Shown piece by piece: positions 1 through 9,213 of a DNA stretch of 64,000 nucleotides (positions are counted from its first letter, which is position 1; the number at the start of each line of letters is the position of its first letter). The notes under the pieces were generated by a model. It saw nothing but the letters and a program-made list of their open reading frames with translations. It was not told the DNA's origin and made no database searches. The DNA lies in assembly GCA_034430425.1 (NCBI GenBank), contig DAOUEK010000007.1, positions 1,090 through 65,089 on the forward strand. Direction: 5' to 3'. Source of the stretch: Anaerolineales bacterium. Its GTDB lineage: Bacteria; Chloroflexota; Anaerolineae; Anaerolineales; E44-bin32. The translations under genes were made by a program, and so were the position numbers.

Positions 1-67
1 TCGAAATACCAACTTCCATGCAATGCATGGCTGTCTTAAGTTCTCAACCAATTCCACTTGCAAGTGC

Positions 68-1465
68 CTATTTGGAATAACCCGCCCGGTGGATATGTTC
101 AGCGGCGGCAGACGTGATCGGGATCGTCACCAAAACCCGCGTCCCCTTGCCTTTGACGCTCTCGATGCGCAAGAGCCCATTAACCAACTCGGCTCGCTCA
201 CGCAGATTGATCATGCCCAGAGAGCCGCGTTGATCGTAATTTTCCTCCACGGCAGCCATATCAAACCCCACGCCGTCATCTTTGATCTCCAGGTAGAGCA
301 TTTCCCCTTTACGCTTGAGCCGAACATAGATATGCTCGGCCTGCGCGTGTTTACGGGCATTGTTGACCGCTTCATCTACTATGAAGAAAATTACCCCTTG
401 CTTCCCAACCTCAATATCATTCCCAACCCCCTCATTTGCTTCTACGATCACATTCTGGTTGTGCGCCTCCTGTATCTTTTCCGCCAGTTGTTGGATTGCG
501 GGTACCAATCCTTCCGATTCCAAAACCAAAGGCCGCAGCGTAAAGAGCATCTGACGGATTTCCTTGGTGGTTCGTCGCGCCAGCTCCTCAATCTTGAAAA
601 GCTCCTCGGCGGCCGAATCGGGATCACGAGAAAGAAGGCGGCGGGCGAAATTTACCCGCATGGCGATGGCACCGATCGACTGTGTGGGCCCATCGTGTAA
701 GTCACGCGCCAGCTTTTTCTGCGCTTCCTCCTGGATCTCCATAATGCGTTCTTTTTCCTGTTCGAGCTCACGATACAGCTGTGCATTTTGCAGCGCCACC
801 ATGGCCTGGTTGGCTGCAGCAGCGATAATCTCCAACCGATCCGAGGTGAAATAATCTGCATTGGGATGGGCGAACAAGAGCAAACCATACGCTTCGATAC
901 CGACGATCAACGGCATACAGACCGCGACCTTACACGGACGCATACCTACAAGACGCTGCAGCTCGGGATCGTTGCTGGGATTGGAAACCACACGCGGCGC
1001 CCCGCTCGACAGAGAATCTTCCAGAATTCCCTGCTCACCGGAAAATTCGACCCGCATGTCCGCATGCGTGAGACCTCTGGCGGCTGCAATGTAGAGCGCT
1101 TCGTCCGTAAAGAGCAGCAAGGCACCAACGATCTTGCCGGCAGGCGAATTCGGCTCATCCAGCACGCCGTAGGTTAGATCGAGTGTCATCTCCAAGACAC
1201 GCTCGTAATTCAATGTAGCGCTGAGTGAAGCTGTCATACTCAAGAGCGAGCGTAACTGCTGCAGCTGCCGCTGTAACATTTGCTCGCGGTCGGAGGCCGA
1301 CATTTTATTCGTTTTCTCTTCCTTGGAGCTCTCGCGCCCGAAGATATCGTTCAGGAAAGCGACTACCGGAAGGACGGTCAGAAGCGAGTACGCACCCGTG
1401 TGCTGCCCGAGATAAGATGACAACTCGGTGATGATCGTTTGCAGTGATTGATTCCAATCAATCAT
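68..1465 (-). CDS. GAF-domain sensor histidine kinase (HisKA_3, NarX/DegS type)
   Basis: GAF-like central region; H-box ARDLHDGPTQ; N-box EAVNNARKHA; G boxes DDGVGF and GSLGM...GKGT. N-terminal start uncertain. Confidence 0.88.
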   Translation of the reverse strand: MIDWNQSLQTIITELSSYLGQHTGAYSLLTVLPVVAFLNDIFGRESSKEEKTNKMSASDREQMLQRQLQQLRSLLSMTASLSATLNYERVLEMTLDLTYGVLDEPNSPAGKIVGALLLFTDEALYIAAARGLTHADMRVEFSGEQGILEDSLSSGAPRVVSNPSNDPELQRLVGMRPCKVAVCMPLIVGIEAYGLLLFAHPNADYFTSDRLEIIAAAANQAMVALQNAQLYRELEQEKERIMEIQEEAQKKLARDLHDGPTQSIGAIAMRVNFARRLLSRDPDSAAEELFKIEELARRTTKEIRQMLFTLRPLVLESEGLVPAIQQLAEKIQEAHNQNVIVEANEGVGNDIEVGKQGVIFFIVDEAVNNARKHAQAEHIYVRLKRKGEMLYLEIKDDGVGFDMAAVEENYDQRGSLGMINLRERAELVNGLLRIESVKGKGTRVLVTIPITSAAAEHIHRAGYSK

Positions 1466-1702
1466 TCTCGATCTCTCCGGAGATACCCAAGCCGATACAT
1501 ATTAACCAACATTGCTCATGCAAATGAAGAAGTGACAACCCCAACAATCTTGGCAGTCTTTCTCATTTCGGCGCAGTGTTACTCCATTTCGCTTGTGTAA
1601 TCTATCCTACAAGTATGCACTATATACTCACAGAACCATGTTTACAATCAACCTACAAAACCCCCGGGCAATCATCGGCGTCCATTTGCTTCTCAAAGAC
1701 GA

Positions 1703-2398
1703 CTACTCTCCCTGACGGACCATCGAAACGAAAACCCGGTTCGTTAGTTCACGCTTAAGCGTCTGAATATCGTTCGTGTCAATCACGCGCACCTCAATCC
1801 CTTCGGAAAGCGGCAGTCGCTCAACGACTTCCACCAAGGCACCCAGATGTAAACCGATCTCCTTTAAATGGCGCAGAGCGATCGGATCATCATCCAGGAC
1901 TCGGGAGACACACACCCGCCGGCCAGTCTTGAGTTCGGTCAGGCGGGTCTCCTCAAGCTGCGGTATGTTGCCTTCCATGTCCGGGATGGGAGAACCATGA
2001 GGGTCGAGTTTGGGGTCACCAAGCTTGGCGGCGATTCGCTTTTCAAGATTCTCCGAAATCACATGTTCCAAACGGTCGGCTTCGGAATCCACCTCGTCCC
2101 ACGAAAAACCGAGCGCCTCGGTTAGGTAGAGCTCGAGAAGGCGATGGTGCCGGATGACCTCCAGGGCGATCTTTTCACCGGCTGGCGTGAGCCTGACCCC
2201 GCGGTAGCGTTCGTAATGAATCAACTGCGGATCCCAGGTCGATAGTTTCTTCAGCATGCCCGTAGCCGAAGCCCGGGTGACCTTCATCTTGTCTGCCAAT
2301 GAAGAAGTACTCACCCGCTCGTTGCCTTCTTCGCGCTGGATCTCGTAGATCGCTTTCAGATAGTCCTCCACGGCGGAGGAAAGCGGCTTCATCGACAT
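1703..2398 (-). CDS. DtxR/MntR-family metal-dependent transcriptional regulator with C-terminal FeoA-like domain
   Basis: EDYLKAIY, SATGMLKKL, RHHRLLELYL and EADRLEHVIS motifs. Start moved to ATG 2398, which has a GGAG RBS upstream. Confidence 0.92.
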   Translation of the reverse strand: MSMKPLSSAVEDYLKAIYEIQREEGNERVSTSSLADKMKVTRASATGMLKKLSTWDPQLIHYERYRGVRLTPAGEKIALEVIRHHRLLELYLTEALGFSWDEVDSEADRLEHVISENLEKRIAAKLGDPKLDPHGSPIPDMEGNIPQLEETRLTELKTGRRVCVSRVLDDDPIALRHLKEIGLHLGALVEVVERLPLSEGIEVRVIDTNDIQTLKRELTNRVFVSMVRQGE

Positions 2399-2579
2399 AA
2401 TCTCTACTCCACGCGTCCTTCCAGCTGCATTGTACTGGCGCAATGCAATCCGGTCAACGCGGCGATATGCTTGCTTCCCAGGAATTAGATTTTCTACATG
2501 ATATTGATTAAATCAGGTCAGGTTTACAAGGCCGCATGCCGGTTGTCACGCAGCCAGAAAGATTGCCCTCAATTTGATA

Positions 2580-3326
2580 TCAACGATTCAACTTCGTCCC
2601 GGGGTTATCGTTTGCGAGGAGATGCATCCCGATGAGGCTGAGCAGCAGAACAAACAATCCCGCCAGCTGCATGCTGCGTAAACCACCGAGGACGATCTCG
2701 CTGTCGCCGCGAAATGCTTCCAGGAACACCCGGCTCGCGGCGGATAATGCGGCGAAGGTGAGAATCAAGAAACCTGGAAACACGGGCGCGGACTTTATTC
2801 GATGGTTAACCCAGAATACCAGCAAGGCAGCCACAATCTCATAAAGTTGCGACGGATGCCGTTCGGCGCCCCAGATATCCAGCGACCAGGGCAGCGAGGT
2901 CGGTGCGCCATAGGCATCGCCGCTGGCAAGGTGGCATAATCCGATGAAAATCGTAAACAACGCCAGGCCGGGCGTAAGCGCGTCGAGCGTCGGCCACAAG
3001 GGCAGCTCCTTGCGCTGGGCGTAGATCAATGCCGCCAGCAAACCGAAGAGCAACCCATCCCCCGGCGATAATGCATGGGCGTTGAGTGCAAGCATATCCG
3101 GCAACGTATCACGATATACGTCGAGATGGCGAAGGACGTATCCGAGCCTCGCCCCTACGATCCCACCAATCAACCCGGTCACCACCAGGTTGTTGAGCGT
3201 ATTGGCGGATAGCTCTCTCCGGTTTGCCTCTCTGTCGAGCGTGATCATCGCCAGCCAGATGCCCAAAATGAGCAGCAGACCGGGCAACGGCAGGGCAAAG
3301 GGTCCGATGTTGATGATGGGAAGCAT
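2580..3326 (-). CDS. Lgt-like (prolipoprotein diacylglyceryl transferase fold) membrane protein, catalytic motifs divergent
   Basis: N-terminal IINIGPF, GARLGYV, RHPSQLYE and RVFLEAFRGD motifs are present. The GGMSFHGG and GRLGNF motifs are degenerate. Confidence 0.75.
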   Translation of the reverse strand: MLPIINIGPFALPLPGLLLILGIWLAMITLDREANRRELSANTLNNLVVTGLIGGIVGARLGYVLRHLDVYRDTLPDMLALNAHALSPGDGLLFGLLAALIYAQRKELPLWPTLDALTPGLALFTIFIGLCHLASGDAYGAPTSLPWSLDIWGAERHPSQLYEIVAALLVFWVNHRIKSAPVFPGFLILTFAALSAASRVFLEAFRGDSEIVLGGLRSMQLAGLFVLLLSLIGMHLLANDNPGTKLNR

Positions 3327-3901
3327 CAGGACGACTCCTCGAACATGTCTCTCACGATACTTCGAAGCGTGGCTTCATTCAACGGCCCTCCGACCAGCAC
3401 CTGGCGAATGATGCCTTCCGCGTCGATAAAAAAGGTGGTTGGCAAGGCACGCATGCGGTACGACTCGGCAATTTCACCGCTGTGATCCAGTCCAATGGGG
3501 AAGGTCAGGCCGAGTTCAGCGGCAAAGGATGACGCTTCTGCCGCAGAATCCTGGTAGGTCATATTCACAGCGAGCACAACCAGACCTTGCGAGCCAAAAT
3601 CCTCGTTGACCGCCTGAAAGGCAGGCATCTCTGCGCGGCAAGGTGGGCACCAGGATGCCCAAAGATTGACCACGACGACCCGTCCACGCAACGCAGAGAG
3701 TGTGACCGCACCGCCGTCGATGGTTTCGAGACGGAAGTCCGGCGCCAGGAAACCTACATGCGGACTGGTAATCTCCCCACTTGACATTTCTGCATCGGGG
3801 ATCCTCGACGCGGCTGCCCAGGCGATACCCAGCGACATCACCACTGCCGTGACTGCCATCCAGCGTTTTCGGTCTCGAAACCAGGAGATCATTCGTTGCA
3901 T
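3326..3901 (-). CDS. TlpA/ResA-family membrane-anchored thiol:disulfide oxidoreductase
   Basis: N-terminal TM helix, APDFRL, NLWASWCPPCRAEMP, and cis-Pro motif ALPTTFFID. Confidence 0.92.
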   Translation of the reverse strand: MQRMISWFRDRKRWMAVTAVVMSLGIAWAAASRIPDAEMSSGEITSPHVGFLAPDFRLETIDGGAVTLSALRGRVVVVNLWASWCPPCRAEMPAFQAVNEDFGSQGLVVLAVNMTYQDSAAEASSFAAELGLTFPIGLDHSGEIAESYRMRALPTTFFIDAEGIIRQVLVGGPLNEATLRSIVRDMFEESS

Positions 3902-3986
3902 CGTGAAATGGACTCTAACGTTTTACGACCTGGGATACAAGGCTTTGTTGATAACAACTTCTATGCATGGTGCAATTGAATCCGGA

Positions 3987-4697
3987 TCAGGGGATTTCCA
4001 TGCCATGCTGTGCCAACAAGCTGCGATCCGCCATCAGCGACTGGGTCGAACCATCGAAGACTATCTCACCTTCGTCGATCACCACCGTTCTTTCGAACAA
4101 CTCGGCCACCATGGGGATATCATGCGTCGAGACCAGCATGGTTTGCGGTAAATCGCTCAGCAGATGAATCAAACTACGTCGCGCTCGTGGATCCAGCCCT
4201 GCCGTGGGTTCATCGAGCACCAGGATTTCCGGATCCATGGAGAGCACCGTTGCGATGGCCACGCGCTTCTTTTCACCGCCGCTGAGATGATGGCAAACCC
4301 GATCGCCGTAACCGTTCAATTCCACCGCCTCAAGTGCGCGTTGTACACGAGAACGAATATCTTCTTCGGGCAAGCCCATATACAGCGGTCCGAAAGCGAT
4401 ATCATCAAACACCGTCGCTGAAAAAAGCTGATCGTCCGGATCTTGAAATACCAAACCCACAGCGGCGCGAATTTCGCCTAGCGATCCTTCTTCAATGCGC
4501 GTACCACACACACGGACTTCCCCCTGCCCTTTCAGAATCCCGTTGAGATGCAGCATGAGCGTTGATTTTCCCGCACCATTTGGACCCACCAGGGCGATCT
4601 TCTCTCCGGGGGCAACGAATAAATTCACACCGCGCAAAGCGACACGGCCATCCGGATACGTAAAAGTGAGATCGCGTACGTCAATCGTGTGATGCAT
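3987..4697 (-). CDS. cbiO: ECF transporter ATPase (CbiO/NikO)
   Basis: Walker A GPNGAGKST, VFQDPDDQLF, LSGGEKKR, LDEPT; lies downstream of cbiQ. Confidence 0.92.
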   Translation of the reverse strand: MHHTIDVRDLTFTYPDGRVALRGVNLFVAPGEKIALVGPNGAGKSTLMLHLNGILKGQGEVRVCGTRIEEGSLGEIRAAVGLVFQDPDDQLFSATVFDDIAFGPLYMGLPEEDIRSRVQRALEAVELNGYGDRVCHHLSGGEKKRVAIATVLSMDPEILVLDEPTAGLDPRARRSLIHLLSDLPQTMLVSTHDIPMVAELFERTVVIDEGEIVFDGSTQSLMADRSLLAQHGMEIP

Positions 4698-4700
4698 GCC

Positions 4701-5486
4701 TCATACCATCCAATCCAAACCCAGGGGAACGATCAAGAGCAGGCCGGCCAACCCGAGCGAGATCCAATCCCGCTGCCGCATCTGGAAGCGTGTGAGCGAA
4801 CGCACACACCCGTCGTAGCCTCGAGAAAGCATGGCCGCATAGACACGCTCGCTGCGTTCCAATGCCCGCAGGAACAGACTGCCAACCATGGCGCCGGCAA
4901 CCTTCCCCTGCCAGAGAATAGATCGACGGGGGGCGCCGGTAATTCGCGCGCTGCGCGAGGCACGCGCCCGCACCATCCGTGACATCTCGTCAGCCATCAC
5001 AAAAAGGTAGCGGTACATGAAACCAATCGTGGATACCAGAACGCTCGGGAATTTAAAAGACTCCAAAGCCCAGAGTATATTCGGGAAACGCGTCACCGCC
5101 GTCAGCAGGATCGCCGCCTGAACCGCCAACCAACTTCGCAATAAAATACTCAGGAAACGAATCAACCCTGGCTCGGAAACCGCCCAATCCAATCCCGGGA
5201 TGCGCCAAATAACAGGGCCAGGTGTGATAAATGGAACAGCAAGCGCTGCGAGCATGAAGGGCAGGGCAATGAACGATCTGCGGATTGTGAAGAGCGGCCC
5301 CAATCGTGAGAGATTCACCACCAAGCATAAAACGAGGAAGAAAAAAGCGAACGCCCACCAGGTGCCCTCGGGTGTCAGGCTGACGGCGAGGATATACCCT
5401 ACCGCCGTTAACACCTTCACGCGCGGATCAAGGCCGTGCAGGATACTGGTCTGATGTCGGTATTGGTCTGTGAGATCGTAATGCAA
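4701..5486 (-). CDS. cbiQ: ECF transporter T component (CbiQ/NikQ)
   Basis: LHGLDPRVK, YRYLFV, ARASR and RSERVYAAMLSRGYDG motifs. Confidence 0.92.
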   Translation of the reverse strand: MHYDLTDQYRHQTSILHGLDPRVKVLTAVGYILAVSLTPEGTWWAFAFFFLVLCLVVNLSRLGPLFTIRRSFIALPFMLAALAVPFITPGPVIWRIPGLDWAVSEPGLIRFLSILLRSWLAVQAAILLTAVTRFPNILWALESFKFPSVLVSTIGFMYRYLFVMADEMSRMVRARASRSARITGAPRRSILWQGKVAGAMVGSLFLRALERSERVYAAMLSRGYDGCVRSLTRFQMRQRDWISLGLAGLLLIVPLGLDWMV

Positions 5487-5489
5487 GGA

Positions 5490-6449
5490 TCAATCCCCTG
5501 CGGCTTCACTCCGTGTGGAGTTCCTTCCCACAAACCATGCTACCACAAACACCAGCAGGGTTCCCAGGACAACCGCAACGATTGTCGTCAGGACAGGATC
5601 TGAGATGATGGGCACCGTGTAATCCGGCAAGATCTCGTACGACGGATCGACTGCCAGATCGAGAAACCCTTTTTGTTCAGCGACGAATTCGAGGCCATCC
5701 GGATGCGACGAAGCCAGCGGGGAAAACAAGGCAACGACCAGCGCCAGGAGCAAACCTGCGGCGATGGCGTTTGCACCACGCCGACCAGGGGCGCCTTCGC
5801 CTTCTCGAAGCACACCGCTCGATGTGTTTTCCAATAAGACAAGCGCGCCGACGGTGATCACGCCTTCACCGATTCCAATCAAGGCATGCACGCCCGCCAT
5901 CGCCGGTAATCCCAGTTCGATCGGCGAGGTACCGGAAACTGCCAATTGCAGCGCTGTGGCCAAAGCAGCCACTTCAACGGAAAGCCAGGCGCCGGTAAAT
6001 GCCGCTGCCAGGTGAGAACGCTTTCCCTCTCCCGTCAATCGACGTATCAAGGAATAGGTGGCAATACCGACGAAAGCGGTGATAACTCCCATGTTGATGA
6101 TGTTCCAACCCATCACCAGCAATCCCCCATCCTGGAACAAGAGCCCCTGCATGGCGATCACCGCCGTCATGATCAATGTCGCGGCCCACGGTCCCAAGAG
6201 GATGGCGGCCAGGGCGCCACCCAGGAGGTGCCCCGAAGTGCCCGCCGCAATGGGGAAGTTTATCGCCTGTGCGGCGAAAATGAATGCCGCCAGGATACCC
6301 ATGAGGGGAACCTGCCGATCTCCCAATTGATCCCTCGTCTGGCGAACCGCAACGGCAATAAATACCAATGCAAGCACCCAGCCAGCGATGGCTACTGGTG
6401 TAGACAGAAATCCATCCGGAATGTGAAGCTTAACGGGTGATAACCACAT
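5490..6449 (-). CDS. cbiM: Ni/Co ECF substrate component CbiM/NikM fused to NikN-like PDGLE domain
   Basis: HIPDGFL, GTSGHLLG, HALIGIGEG and the C-terminal SSHPDGLE motif. Confidence 0.9.
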   Translation of the reverse strand: MWLSPVKLHIPDGFLSTPVAIAGWVLALVFIAVAVRQTRDQLGDRQVPLMGILAAFIFAAQAINFPIAAGTSGHLLGGALAAILLGPWAATLIMTAVIAMQGLLFQDGGLLVMGWNIINMGVITAFVGIATYSLIRRLTGEGKRSHLAAAFTGAWLSVEVAALATALQLAVSGTSPIELGLPAMAGVHALIGIGEGVITVGALVLLENTSSGVLREGEGAPGRRGANAIAAGLLLALVVALFSPLASSHPDGLEFVAEQKGFLDLAVDPSYEILPDYTVPIISDPVLTTIVAVVLGTLLVFVVAWFVGRNSTRSEAAGD

Positions 6450-6473
6450 GTGAAAAACCCTCCACTTTTCGAT

Positions 6474-6905
6474 TTAGCCCTCATCCTGGCAAGCGGCACA
6501 CAGACCAAACAACGTCAGGTGATTGGGGTCAACGTAGAAATTCGTTTCAGAAGCAACACTTTGTACGATTTGGGCGATGATATTCGGATCGATGTCGAAA
6601 ACCGCATGGCACTGCCTGCAGACCAGGTGTCCGTGTGGGTGATGCGGGTCGCGCATCGCAAAGAGGGCCGGGTTGGAACCATCGTTAAAAAAATCGACCA
6701 TCTCGGCTTCATGCAGCACTTCGACCGTGCGGTATACCGTGGCCAGGTTTAATCCAGGCAATTTTCTCTGCACATCAGCGTAGATATCTTGTGCGCAGAG
6801 GTGGCCATCTTTATGTGCGATGGTCTCCAGGATCACTGCACGCTGCGGCGTGACCCGGTACCCTTTCGATCGAAGTTCGTTTGCCAATCGCTCACCACAA
6901 GACAT
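6474..6905 (-). CDS. Fur-family metalloregulator (Nur/Zur-like by context)
   Basis: RVTPQRAVIL, LATVYRT, HHPHGHLVCRQC and C-terminal GLCAAC. Start set to ATG 6905 with AAGGAG RBS; the ORF-track N-terminal extension is probably spurious. Confidence 0.9.
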   Translation of the reverse strand: MSCGERLANELRSKGYRVTPQRAVILETIAHKDGHLCAQDIYADVQRKLPGLNLATVYRTVEVLHEAEMVDFFNDGSNPALFAMRDPHHPHGHLVCRQCHAVFDIDPNIIAQIVQSVASETNFYVDPNHLTLFGLCAACQDEG

Positions 6906-7096
6906 GTGCAGCTCCTTGCAGTTGCAAATTTTCGCAGATAGAATATCATTCTCCTCCCACCAAGTCAAGCGATGGCGGAATATAATCACCCTTAATCCAG
7001 GGACATCAGACGGGGTTCCACGGTACAATGGTAGGATATTAGAACCAAGTGCCCCAGAAAGGTTGGGAAGAAATTGCAAGTGTTAAGGAGTCATTC

Positions 7097-8383
7097 ATGC
7101 CGAAAGATACACTGACCATCACCGACAACCGCACAGGCAGAACTTACGAGCTGCCCATCAACCACAACACGATCCGCGCCATGGATTTACGCCAGATCAA
7201 GGTCAACGAAAGTGACTTCGGTATGATGAGTTACGATCCGGCGTTTATGAACACCGCATCTGCAAAGAGCACCATCTCGTACATTGATGGCTCCAAAGGC
7301 ATCCTGCGCTACCGCGGCTACCCGATCGAACAGCTTGCGGAGAAAAGCACCTACCTGGAGGTCGCCTACCTGCTGCTCAACGGAGAGCTTCCTACGCAAG
7401 AACAACTCGATGTCTGGGTTTCCGAAGTTACCTACCGCACTTTCATCCACGAGAATCTCCGGCGACTGATCCAGTCCTTCAGTCAATTTGCGCATCCGAT
7501 GCACATGTTCATCAGCACCCTGGCTGCCATGTCTTCCTACTATCCGGATGCCCGGCAGGTGGACGATCCCGAAGTGCGTCACCATCAAATTCGACGCATT
7601 ATCGCCAAAGTCCCTACGATCCTCGCCTACTCCTATCGGCACTTACAGGGTCTTCCGATCGTGATGCCCGACAACGATCTCACCTATTGCGGCAATTTCC
7701 TCAATATGCTCTTCAAGATGACCGAGACCAAATACACACCCAACCCCGTTTTCGAGCGTGCAATAGATGTGCTCTTCATCCTTCATTCCGATCACGAGCA
7801 AAACTGCAGCGCCAGTGTGATGCGCGCTATCGGATCGGGAAAAGCCGACCCCTTCTGCGCCTTAACAGGTGCGGCGGCATCCCTATCCGGTCCGCTGCAT
7901 GGCGGCGCAAATGAAGCTGTTCTCAGGATGCTCGAAGAAATCGGAAGCGTTGACAAGGTGCCTGCCTACATCGAACGCGTAAAGAAAGGCGAATTCCGTC
8001 TGATGGGATTTGGACATCGCGTGTATAAGAATTACGATCCGCGTGCAGCCATCGTCAAAAAGACTGCCGACCAGGTATTCGAAGTAACCGGGCGGAATCC
8101 GCTGCTCGACATTGCCCTCGAACTCGAACGCGTCGCCCTGGAGGACGAATACTTCGTCTCGCGCAAGCTGTATCCCAACGTGGACTTCTACTCCGGGATG
8201 ATCTACCAGGCGATGGGTTTACCGGTCGAGATGTATACCGTCCTCTTTGCGATGGGACGAACGGTCGGTTGGCTGACGCAATGGCAGGAGATGCTGGCTG
8301 ACCCCGAGCATCGCATCACCCGCCCGCGACAAATCTACACCGGCGCCGGCGAGCGGGTTTACGTACCGATCGAAAAACGCTAG
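7097..8383 (+). CDS. gltA: Citrate synthase (Si-type, GltA family)
   Basis: GILRYRGYP, HSDHEQNCS, GPLHGGANE, MGFGHRVYKNYDPRA and YPNVDFYSG. AAGGAG RBS precedes ATG 7097. Confidence 0.96.
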   Translation: MPKDTLTITDNRTGRTYELPINHNTIRAMDLRQIKVNESDFGMMSYDPAFMNTASAKSTISYIDGSKGILRYRGYPIEQLAEKSTYLEVAYLLLNGELPTQEQLDVWVSEVTYRTFIHENLRRLIQSFSQFAHPMHMFISTLAAMSSYYPDARQVDDPEVRHHQIRRIIAKVPTILAYSYRHLQGLPIVMPDNDLTYCGNFLNMLFKMTETKYTPNPVFERAIDVLFILHSDHEQNCSASVMRAIGSGKADPFCALTGAAASLSGPLHGGANEAVLRMLEEIGSVDKVPAYIERVKKGEFRLMGFGHRVYKNYDPRAAIVKKTADQVFEVTGRNPLLDIALELERVALEDEYFVSRKLYPNVDFYSGMIYQAMGLPVEMYTVLFAMGRTVGWLTQWQEMLADPEHRITRPRQIYTGAGERVYVPIEKR

Positions 8384-8479
8384 ATCGAACACGTTCACAA
8401 CACACTATCCATTTGACACAAAGGGGCAAGTTGGCGACATCATTTAACACACCGGCACCTATCAGCCATAAAGTACTCT

Positions 8480-8509
8480 TTGACAGGCAACCCTCATCCC
8501 ATGTATGAT
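8480..8509 (+). promoter_or_regulatory. Putative sigma70-type promoter (TTGACA-N18-TATGAT)
   Basis: Perfect -35 TTGACA at 8480-8485 and TATGAT at 8504-8509, about 50 nt upstream of the 8560 operon. Confidence 0.5.
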
Positions 8510-8559
8510 CATGGGCAGACGCGCTTGGTTGCCAGCATTAGACTTATCTTACGAGCGCC

Positions 8560-9171
8560 ATGGCATACATCCTGACAGGAAGCACTGCATTCGCCCTCAT
8601 CGCAATATACGACTGGGCTCAGATGCGCGAACATACCTGGCTCAAGCCGCTTTTCTTCCTGAGCGCGGCCGCCCTGGTCTTCGGCATCGCCGGAGTTCTC
8701 TCTGCACCATCCGAAAAAGAGTTCGTCTTATGGCTCCGAGTTGCAGCCGGGATCGGACTGGTGATATTCCTGCTGCTGCTGATTTACTCCGTCCTGATTG
8801 AGATTCCGTTAAAAATAAAACGCATCAAACACAAAACAGGCAGCAATAGCATTCTCATTGATACCGGCACATATACACTCACACGTCACCCGGGTGTGTT
8901 GTGGTTTGGCGGGGCTGCCGTCTGCATGATCTTGCTTCACCCCACCGTGCTGGCACTCAGCGCAAGTATTATATGGACGGCCCTGGACGTTTTATTGGTA
9001 TGGGTGGAGGATAGATTCTTTTTCCCAAACACATTTCCGGGCTACACTGAATACAAGATGAGAACTCCCTTCCTGATACCCAACCGGTCAAGCTTGCTCC
9101 AATGCTTGGCCACATGGAAAACCGACAACGAAAGAGAAAACGCAAGCTCCGATGTACATAATGAGCGATAA
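8560..9171 (+). CDS. ICMT/PEMT-like membrane methyltransferase-family protein
   Basis: Multiple TM helices; TGTYTLTRHPG and EDRFF...YTEYKMRTPFLIP resemble the isoprenylcysteine/phospholipid methyltransferase C-terminus. Confidence 0.65.
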   Translation: MAYILTGSTAFALIAIYDWAQMREHTWLKPLFFLSAAALVFGIAGVLSAPSEKEFVLWLRVAAGIGLVIFLLLLIYSVLIEIPLKIKRIKHKTGSNSILIDTGTYTLTRHPGVLWFGGAAVCMILLHPTVLALSASIIWTALDVLLVWVEDRFFFPNTFPGYTEYKMRTPFLIPNRSSLLQCLATWKTDNERENASSDVHNER

Positions 9172-9213
9172 CCTGCACTCAAGAGTAAACATTCTTATCG
9201 AGGAGGACATTCA

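Noticed and set aside
16-66. Short palindromes CCATGCAATGCATGG and CACTTGCAAGTG after the kinase stop
   Set aside because: Window-edge context is missing, there is no U-tract, and short palindromes can arise by chance.
6937-6953. GATAGAATATCATTCTC as a Fur box
   Set aside because: Only 5-bp arms with a 3-nt spacer; too weak to call without a regulon model.
6906-7096. ORF-track N-terminal extensions of fur (to 7079) and gltA (from 7049); similar extensions for malic enzyme, TrxB-like, REC-REC, hdrCB and mvhD 35183
   Set aside because: Downstream starts have clear RBSs and match family N-termini; the extensions overlap neighbouring genes.
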